Origin: a virus
Lineage: Duplodnaviria; Caudoviricetes
Strand: one strand, 5' to 3'
Length of the DNA: 39,405 nt
Virus record (IMG/VR): IMGVR_UViG_3300005263_000002
Coordinates: 1 to 39,405 of that record
The notes under the pieces: generated by a model
The model's database searches: none
What the model saw: only the letters and a program-made list of their open reading frames with translations
Told to the model about the DNA's origin: nothing
In this document: piece after piece, positions 33,747-39,405 of the stretch
Layout: every line of letters begins with the position of its first letter
Numbering within the stretch: position 1 is the stretch's first letter
Made by a program: the position numbers and the translations under genes

Positions 33747-33931
33747 ACACCCGCGACCGAATCACCTTCTATTGCTATCCATTCGGTCGGCCATTCGACG
33801 GCCGCTACATCACATCCCACAGCGTCAAGACTGCGCGTGACCTCGCGGCGTTCCACTTCCGAGTGCCTCGGCATCTTGTGACCGTGAAACTCGCCGATCT
33901 TCCAACCCTTTACCCTAAGGTCTCTTTTTAA
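33743..33931 (+). CDS. Hypothetical early protein (62 aa)
   Basis: GAGGT RBS, ATGA overlap. Confidence 0.6.
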   Translation: MNTRDRITFYCYPFGRPFDGRYITSHSVKTARDLAAFHFRVPRHLVTVKLADLPTLYPKVSF

Positions 33932-33975
33932 CTTAACTGTTTTCAATTTCTAAACACTTTCCATCGGAGCACAAC

Positions 33976-34743
33976 ATGTTCACCCCCATTCTTTCCCATG
34001 AGAAACCCCACGACATCCTTGGCGTTCCTGGCCGAATGTTTAGCGCCACCATGCGCCACGATGAAAGGCCCGGCTGTTTCTGCCATCAGCGCTGGGTATC
34101 AGATCGGCGCCCGTTCTCCCAGTATCACAAGGCCGGATGGCTCCAAGTAGAGATTCGGTTCGACGACGGTTGTCGGAATGGCCGAAACTCTTTCGCCATC
34201 ACGGCCACGGCATCCCACCCCGGCGCCCGAGATTGTGACGCGGGGGGATGTCTTCACGAGGACATCGCCGAAGTCTTCCCGGAACTGGCTGGGCTCATCA
34301 AATGGCATCTTTCGGCCACTGATGGCCCAATGCACTACCTTTCAAACACGATTTATCTTGCGGGAAACCGGGACTGCCACGGGCTCAAGGCCGGCGAGTC
34401 CCGCCAGCTCGTAGATGGAAAATCTAACCTTCCCGCGTGGGAACTGGTGGCGGTAGGGCCTGATGGCGAGGTTATCCCTACTTACAAATTGCCTAAATAT
34501 GTGGACAGCGCCGAGGCTCCCGCGTCTGCGTTCAATCTCGAATGGCGCCCATGGTGCATAGTAGGCGAGGGCAAGGCCCGCCAGCTTGACGCGGCACGCC
34601 GCGCGGCCGTGTGGCCAGAGGCTACTGACGAGGATCTGACCGCTCCGGGACTGAGGGAACGTCTCGAAACTAGACTTCCGGGCCTACTGGCTGAATTTAG
34701 GCGGGACATTGAGGCGGCCGGTTTCATGTGGGAGCGTGCCTAG
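33976..34743 (+). CDS. Hypothetical early protein (255 aa)
   Basis: GGAG RBS. His/Cys-containing segments GGCLHEDI and KWHL...GPMHY. Confidence 0.75.
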   Translation: MFTPILSHEKPHDILGVPGRMFSATMRHDERPGCFCHQRWVSDRRPFSQYHKAGWLQVEIRFDDGCRNGRNSFAITATASHPGARDCDAGGCLHEDIAEVFPELAGLIKWHLSATDGPMHYLSNTIYLAGNRDCHGLKAGESRQLVDGKSNLPAWELVAVGPDGEVIPTYKLPKYVDSAEAPASAFNLEWRPWCIVGEGKARQLDAARRAAVWPEATDEDLTAPGLRERLETRLPGLLAEFRRDIEAAGFMWERA

Positions 34744-34819
34744 CCCATCGGCTGAGACCAGTGGCGCACGTCCAGCGCCATTGGGCCCAGCCGATGCTGG
34801 ATTTTGCGGAGGTCTAACC

Positions 34820-35155
34820 ATGGCCAGCCATTCCACGCCTACCCATATCTGGGAAGCTGGTTCAGGCCGTCGTCTGTCCCTATCCCTTACCCTTGATGAG
34901 GCCAAATCCTGCAGCCATGCCGGCCGCTGTGATGACGACGTGGCCTGGCTCATGGCTCAGCCACACATTGAGGCACAGACCGCTCAATGGGATCCCGCCA
35001 TCCTAGCGGCAGAGCTCCGCGAGTATGGAGCTTGGGAGTCTGACGAGCTGGCAGACCACAAGGTGAACGTGTCCCGCATGGTCTGGATGGCATGCTGTGA
35101 CGTGGCAGAACAGCCGGAAGTCTACGTGATGGATGGAGCTGATACCGAAGCATAG
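34820..35155 (+). CDS. Acidic hypothetical early protein
   Basis: GGAGGT RBS before ATG 34820, in frame with ORF 34709..35155. Confidence 0.72.
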   Translation: MASHSTPTHIWEAGSGRRLSLSLTLDEAKSCSHAGRCDDDVAWLMAQPHIEAQTAQWDPAILAAELREYGAWESDELADHKVNVSRMVWMACCDVAEQPEVYVMDGADTEA

Positions 35156-35171
35156 GCCAAATAGCCCCACC

Positions 35172-35810
35172 ACACTCCCACGCTCGAAAAATCCACCGCT
35201 CAATTCCGGCGGTGGATTTTTCTGCCCGAAAATAAATCCCGCTCAACACTCCCACGCTCGAAAAATCATTTTCGCGGATTTTCTGCGGGACAAATAAATA
35301 CGAAAATCATTTTCCACGCCCGAAAACAATTCCAAATAAATCCCCAGACCATTTTCCAGAGCCCCAGAAAAATCCCCCAGCCCATTTAATTAATTCCCCA
35401 GACACTCCCACCGGCCATTTTCCAAGGCCAGAAAAGCCCTCTGACACTCCCCCAGACCCCATGAGGTATCCGTACCGTCCCACAAGGGGTGAGCCATTTT
35501 TCCCTTGAAAAATAAGGAATGTTACTACTATACTACCCTTCTACTACTTAAAAAGTATATAGATAGAACATTACACCAAACGAAAAATCCCCCGCTGGCC
35601 GACAATTCTTTCCGGCGATTTTCTCTCCGGACACTCCCCGCGTTTTTCCGTAGGAATTTTCGTTTGGGGTGGGTATACCGGGTGCAGGTAGGAACGTCTA
35701 ATCATATCAACGATTGCGCCTAAAGGATCTCTCACAACCGCTCACCCCTTACTAGGAATCTGTTGGGGATAAACGACTTACAAACGCGCCCTCGGTGGGA
35801 ACACTCCCAC
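35172..35810. repeat. AT-rich non-coding repeat region (candidate replication origin)
   Basis: Exact 22-bp direct repeat at 35172-35193 and 35246-35267. ACACTCCC occurs 6 times. Recurrent AAATAAAT, CATTTTC and GAAAAATC. AT-rich block at about 35505-35585. Confidence 0.6.
35186..35222. terminator. Bidirectional-type intrinsic terminator closing the early cluster
   Basis: Perfect 14-bp inverted repeat GAAAAATCCACCGC-N9-GCGGTGGATTTTTC. Confidence 0.7.
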
Positions 35811-35823
35811 AGCCCCTGCGGAG

Positions 35824-35871
35824 TTGCCCCACCGCAGCAAAAATGTTAATTTTGTTGCGGAGGTAGCAACA
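35824..35871 (+). promoter_or_regulatory. Promoter TTGCCC-N17-TAATTT (extended TG) with operator TGTTGCGGAGGTAGCAACA over the RBS and start codon
   Basis: Hexamers at 35824-35829 and 35847-35852, palindrome at 35853-35871. Confidence 0.65.
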
Positions 35872-36098
35872 TGATCAAGATTGAAACAGGCGTTCCCCTT
35901 CCGAAGCGGATCCACCGCAAATACCCCTTCCGGACCCTGGCCGTGGGTCACTCGTTCCTGGTGAAGCCCAACCCAGGCCAGACCCTGGCCCAGCTCCGGG
36001 CTACGGTCTACACCAGCTCCCGCCTGGTGGAGTTCCGGAAGTTCCTTGTCCGGGTGGACAAGGCGTCAGGCGGCGTCCGCTGCTGGCGCACCGCCTAG
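35871..36098 (+). CDS. Small basic, putative DNA-binding phage protein
   Basis: IKIETGVPLP...KYPF..L.VG.SFLV...VR.WR pattern. GGAGGT RBS. Confidence 0.72.
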   Translation: MIKIETGVPLPKRIHRKYPFRTLAVGHSFLVKPNPGQTLAQLRATVYTSSRLVEFRKFLVRVDKASGGVRCWRTA

Positions 36099-36295
36099 AC
36101 AGTCCTACCCCACCCAAACAACCCCACCAACCCATTCCCTACCAGGCACAGCCCAACCAAGACCAGCCAGTATTGTTCTGCCCCGAATCCCCACACGCAG
36201 AGCACCGCAGCCCCGAGGAGCCATCCGAGGCCCTCCCACCGTTCCTTGGCCCTCCTGGCCTTCCTTATGGCCGTCCAGTCCACCTCAGCGCTCAT
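36095..36295 (-). CDS. Small two-TM membrane protein coupled to the repressor gene
   Basis: ATGA overlap with the repressor stop. Two hydrophobic segments. Confidence 0.6.
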   Translation of the reverse strand: MSAEVDWTAIRKARRAKERWEGLGWLLGAAVLCVWGFGAEQYWLVLVGLCLVGNGLVGLFGWGRTV

Positions 36296-37065
36296 TGACG
36301 AACCCAAGCCACTGGTGCAGCGTTCTCCACCCTGACCACACTCACCGCCTTGTCATACACAGGATCCATGGGGTGGAGGCTCCAGCTCCCCGCCTCGTAT
36401 CCAGGCTTGAGCCAACCAACCCTCAGGCGAGGCGCCTGCTGCCCGCCAGGGCCTCCAGCAGCTTGCCCGGCCTCCTGGACCACACAGAGCTTCCCAATGG
36501 CCTCAGGGCGCACTCCAGGGCTCTGGTGGCGGTAGAACAGCACCCAGCCATCCAACGCCCCGCCTTGGACGCGCAGGGCCTCAAGCCCAGGCTCTCCCAC
36601 TGGCCCTGAGACCGTAGCGGGCCCCATCACTCCACCCATGCTCACCCAGCCGCCCGGGTCCACCCATCCCCGCAGCGCCACGCTCTGGCTCTTGGCGCCC
36701 GAGACATCCACGCCGGCATTGGCCAGCACATCCTGGACCGGGAGCCCAAGCAGGTGGGCGATCTTCCCGGCCTCAGCCGCGGTCATCTTCCGTTTGCCAT
36801 CGAACATCAGCGACACGGCTGATACGTCAAGCCCCATGCGCCTGGCCAGCTCTCTCAGGCTCCACTCTTTTTCATCCAGACGCCCAACGAACCAAGCCTT
36901 GTTCACGTCCGCAACGACTGGCCGAGCTCTGACCACGGTGGGCGACACCCTGCGGATCGTTACGACCTCAACTGGCCCCTCCACAAACTCCTTTTCCCGC
37001 GCAGCGCCGATCTTTTTCCTAGGAGTCCGCTTCACCTCACCCTTCGACTTGGCCTTGGTGGTCAT
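36292..37065 (-). CDS. CI-like repressor (XRE HTH plus degenerate S24-like C-terminal domain)
   Basis: SLRELARRMGLDVSAVSLMFDGKRKMT..EA..IA..LG HTH. AGGAGG RBS. Divergent from the Cro-like gene. Confidence 0.8.
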   Translation of the reverse strand: MTTKAKSKGEVKRTPRKKIGAAREKEFVEGPVEVVTIRRVSPTVVRARPVVADVNKAWFVGRLDEKEWSLRELARRMGLDVSAVSLMFDGKRKMTAAEAGKIAHLLGLPVQDVLANAGVDVSGAKSQSVALRGWVDPGGWVSMGGVMGPATVSGPVGEPGLEALRVQGGALDGWVLFYRHQSPGVRPEAIGKLCVVQEAGQAAGGPGGQQAPRLRVGWLKPGYEAGSWSLHPMDPVYDKAVSVVRVENAAPVAWVRQ

Positions 37066-37176
37066 GCTGTCCTCCTAATCAATCACCAATTATTTTTCTA
37101 ATCGCTCCTGAATCATAACGCCAACAATGTTGATTCAACAATACCACCCACGCTGTGATGAATATCACTTGACTCC

Positions 37177-37195
37177 TGTTGATCCTTGCCCAACA
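37177..37195. promoter_or_regulatory. Operator palindrome TGTTGATCCTTGCCCAACA in the repressor/cro intergenic region
   Basis: Exact TGTTG-N9-CAACA just after a TTGACT (37169-37174) and just before the cro-like ATG. Confidence 0.65.
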
Positions 37196-37203
37196 TTGTC
37201 CTC

Positions 37204-37629
37204 ATGAACGAAACACCTAAGGAATCTCGTCCTGCCCGCCGTTACAAGGCCCCCAAGTTCCGGGATCCGGACGCACCCAAGCCTGGCCGAAAGCCTGGCC
37301 GCTCCCCCTACTCCAACCCCACCTTCAACCAGGCGGCCAAGATCATCGCCAAGTTTGGTGGGCCTGGCCTCTGCGCCCGGATCCTTGGCCTGGAGCGCAC
37401 CACGGTCTACTACTGGCTCTACCGTGCGCCCCGTGGCCGGGATGGCCTGATCCCTCCCCTCATGGTGGACAGGATCCAGCGGGCGGCCAGGCTGGAAGGC
37501 ATCGTGCTCACCCCTGAGGACTGGGTGCCTCAGCGGATCAGTTATTCCGAAAATGCCAACGATGATGTGACTGGCACTGTCGAAGAGAAGGTAGTAGCCT
37601 TCATTCCTCCCGGTGACCCGACCACGTAG
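37204..37629 (+). CDS. Cro-like HTH regulator
   Basis: IIAKFGG....ARILG....TVYYW......GLIP...AA...GI.LT.ED pattern. Start ATG 37204 assumed; ORF track gives 37186. Confidence 0.72.
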   Translation: MNETPKESRPARRYKAPKFRDPDAPKPGRKPGRSPYSNPTFNQAAKIIAKFGGPGLCARILGLERTTVYYWLYRAPRGRDGLIPPLMVDRIQRAARLEGIVLTPEDWVPQRISYSENANDDVTGTVEEKVVAFIPPGDPTT

Positions 37630-37705
37630 CTGGCCAGGCCGCCCCGCTCCAAACCCACATCATCAGCCGTTCCACGTCCACCTCCCCCTCACTCTGGAGA
37701 CCCCT

Positions 37706-38257
37706 GTGCCCAAACTGTCCGCAATTCCTGACTTCATCATCGGTATCGACCCTGGACTCTCGGGTGCTGTTGCGATTTACGATACGGCCGAGCCGCACAA
37801 GTCCCGGTTCTTCGACATCCCGACCATCCACATCAAGGGTTCCAAGAAGGTGGTGGACGCCCGGAAGCTGGCAGACCTGGTGGGTGAACTGCTGTTCCGC
37901 CTCCCGACCCGGCCCGATGGCGAAGTCTCGACCATCATGGCGGTGGTGGAGAACGTCCACTCCATGCCTAGACAGGCCGGCGCCTTCGCTTTCGGCCTGT
38001 CCACCGGCATCATCCATGGCGTCCTGGCGACCCACGGCATCCCGTTCACCCTGGTGACGCCCGCCCAGTGGAAGGGCGCGATGAAGCTGCACCGGAAGCC
38101 TGAAGAGCCCACCAGTGCTGTCAAGAATCGCGCACGGGCCCTGGCGACGCGTCTGTTCCCCCACCTGGCCTCCGAGTTCGCCCGGGTGAAGGACGACGGC
38201 CGGGCTGAGGCGCTTCTGCTTGCTGTCTACGCTGCCGCATCCAGCCCCTCGAAGTGA
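37706..38257 (+). CDS. RuvC-like Holliday junction resolvase
   Basis: IIGIDPGLSGA, VVENV..MP.Q...FAFG, V.P..WK, DDGRAEALLLA. GGAG RBS before GTG 37706. Confidence 0.88.
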   Translation: MPKLSAIPDFIIGIDPGLSGAVAIYDTAEPHKSRFFDIPTIHIKGSKKVVDARKLADLVGELLFRLPTRPDGEVSTIMAVVENVHSMPRQAGAFAFGLSTGIIHGVLATHGIPFTLVTPAQWKGAMKLHRKPEEPTSAVKNRARALATRLFPHLASEFARVKDDGRAEALLLAVYAAASSPSK

Positions 38258-38466
38258 CGCCCATGGCCCCGTGGCGCATCAACCCTGAAGAGTTCTGTGT
38301 GCGCTGCCACACGGAACCCACCCCACTTGGATCGGCACTTTGCCCCGCCTGTGACGTCGAGCTGGCCAACCCAACTCCTAAGCGCCCCGACCAAGGCATT
38401 CCGGTGAACAAGCGCACCGGGCCCCGCCCACCCAGCCGACCCGGCTACCTGGCTGAAGGAAAGTGA
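38254..38466 (+). CDS. Small zinc-finger protein
   Basis: CVRC...CPAC. GTGA overlaps at both ends. Confidence 0.6.
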   Translation: MTPMAPWRINPEEFCVRCHTEPTPLGSALCPACDVELANPTPKRPDQGIPVNKRTGPRPPSRPGYLAEGK

Positions 38467-38897
38467 ACATGACCGACGCCCTGCCCTCGTCCGCACTCCC
38501 ATTCGGGAGCATCACGCTGTTCTCGTCCAGAACACCCCATCCCACAACTCCTGGGGAGGACGGGTCTCAAGCTGGAGAGGCTTTGAGGTTCCTCATGGGT
38601 GCCGGTCTGGCCATGCGGCAGTCCAGTCAAGGCTGGACCGAGGTGATGCGAGGTCTCCTTCTGCGAATCACCACCAACCGCCTGCAGCGCTGTGGCCTGA
38701 TCGGATACACCCACAAGCCCACGCTCCAGGAGGCCCTGGACTGGGAAAACAACCGGGTGAACCAGGTGGACCGGATCCAGAGGGAGCTCGACAAGCGCGA
38801 CCGCGACAAATCCCGGCGCCTGTGGGAGCAGAACTACGCCAAGGCGCTGTGGGTCAAGCGGGGCTGGCGTATCGCTCCGGGGAGGGTGGCGCGATGA
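38463..38897 (+). CDS. Hypothetical protein
   Basis: AAGGA RBS, coupled to neighbouring genes. Confidence 0.6.
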   Translation: MNMTDALPSSALPFGSITLFSSRTPHPTTPGEDGSQAGEALRFLMGAGLAMRQSSQGWTEVMRGLLLRITTNRLQRCGLIGYTHKPTLQEALDWENNRVNQVDRIQRELDKRDRDKSRRLWEQNYAKALWVKRGWRIAPGRVAR

Positions 38898-38989
38898 GTG
38901 ACTTCCTCGGGCTACTGCCGGGGCTGATTTGGGCTCTCTGCGTCATGTTCATCGGCGTAAGGCTTGAAAAACGGAGGAGCAGGAAATGA
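38894..38989 (+). CDS. Tiny membrane peptide (31 aa, MSDFLGLLPGLIWALCVMFIGVRLEKRRSRK)
   Basis: GGAGG RBS, ATGA overlaps at both ends. Read by hand. Confidence 0.55.
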   Translation: MSDFLGLLPGLIWALCVMFIGVRLEKRRSRK

Positions 38990-39390
38990 GTGAACCCTGG
39001 TGCATCACTGGCGACCCGCTTCCCGTCGAGCGCGACCCCAACGGCCTCACACCCGAAACCGGTGGCGCCAAATACGACGATGGCAAGATGCTGGCCTGGC
39101 TGTGCATCGGATCCTTCGCCCGGGCCCTCAGTGCTGTGGCCGAAGTGACCACAACCGGTGCCAAGAAGTATGCCCCCGACAACTGGATCAAGGTTCCCGA
39201 TGGCGAGAACCGCTACATGAACGCAGCGCTTCGCCATCTCCTGGCCCTTGGCCGAGGCGAAGCCACCGACAAGGACTCTGGCCACCTCCACAAGGCCCAC
39301 GCCGCCTGGAACCTGCTCTGTGCCCTAGAACTGGAGCTGCGCCGAGTGTCTGCAGATCCCGCGGAATCGAACCCAACTGGTCAGCCGTGA
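38986..39390 (+). CDS. dATP/dGTP diphosphohydrolase-domain protein (DUF5664-like)
   Basis: G.KYDDGK, VAEV.T.GAKKY..DNW, Y..A..RHL....GE..D.DSG..H.AHAA.N motifs. Confidence 0.85.
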   Translation: MSEPWCITGDPLPVERDPNGLTPETGGAKYDDGKMLAWLCIGSFARALSAVAEVTTTGAKKYAPDNWIKVPDGENRYMNAALRHLLALGRGEATDKDSGHLHKAHAAWNLLCALELELRRVSADPAESNPTGQP

Positions 39391-39405
39391 CGCCGATCTT
39401 GTCCA

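Larger units (their letters stand above)
1..39405. mobile_element. Temperate podovirus genome (free/excised form, probably complete and circularly permuted)
   Basis: Packaging, head, podoviral tail, ejection, lysis, replication, integration and repressor modules are all present. attP is intact. No host housekeeping genes. + strand ORFs continue across the window end/start. Confidence 0.92.

Noticed and set aside
35172-35460. CRISPR mini-array
   Set aside because: Only two exact 22-bp copies. The intervening sequence is itself repetitive and spacing is irregular. No cas operon.
35505-35723. 72-aa ORF in the AT-rich region
   Set aside because: TTG start without an RBS, low-complexity translation, and codon usage unlike the other phage genes.
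38986-39390. 2-aminoadenine (Z) or 7-deazaguanine genome modification pathway
   Set aside because: No PurZ, DpdA, FolE or Que-type genes recognised. The diphosphohydrolase alone is not sufficient evidence.

Overview
The window looks like a complete, probably circularly permuted ~39.4 kb genome of a GC-rich temperate podovirus in its free (attP) form. The + strand carries a replication arm that runs across the window junction: Cro-like HTH, RuvC-like resolvase, dATP/dGTP diphosphohydrolase, Pol-beta-type nucleotidyltransferase, SNF2 helicase, DUF2800 nuclease, DUF2815 SSB, HNH endonuclease, family A DNA polymerase, primase-polymerase/helicase and excisionase. It is followed by attP (the 3' half of a tRNA-Lys(CTT)) and a P4-like tyrosine integrase. 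The - strand carries a T7/BPP-1/epsilon15-type morphogenesis arm from terS to a GH108 endolysin and holin. I found no RNA polymerase gene. A divergent cluster of small unknown genes, an AT-rich repeat region and a cI/cro-like switch fill 32.9-37.6 kb. The most notable features are non-coding: (1) a 19-bp TGTTG-N9-CAACA palindrome at 8 sites, several overlapping sigma70-like promoters, including internal late ones; (2) a conserved hairpin (GGC-C-stem-AYAA-GCC) in the capsid and tail-fibre leaders, which in the capsid leader competes with an anti-Shine-Dalgarno pairing; (3) a TGTCCA motif after five successive stop codons in an accessory gene array; (4) integrase arm-type repeats that recur 22 kb away inside terS. 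Protein calls come from motif recognition only; no database searches were run.
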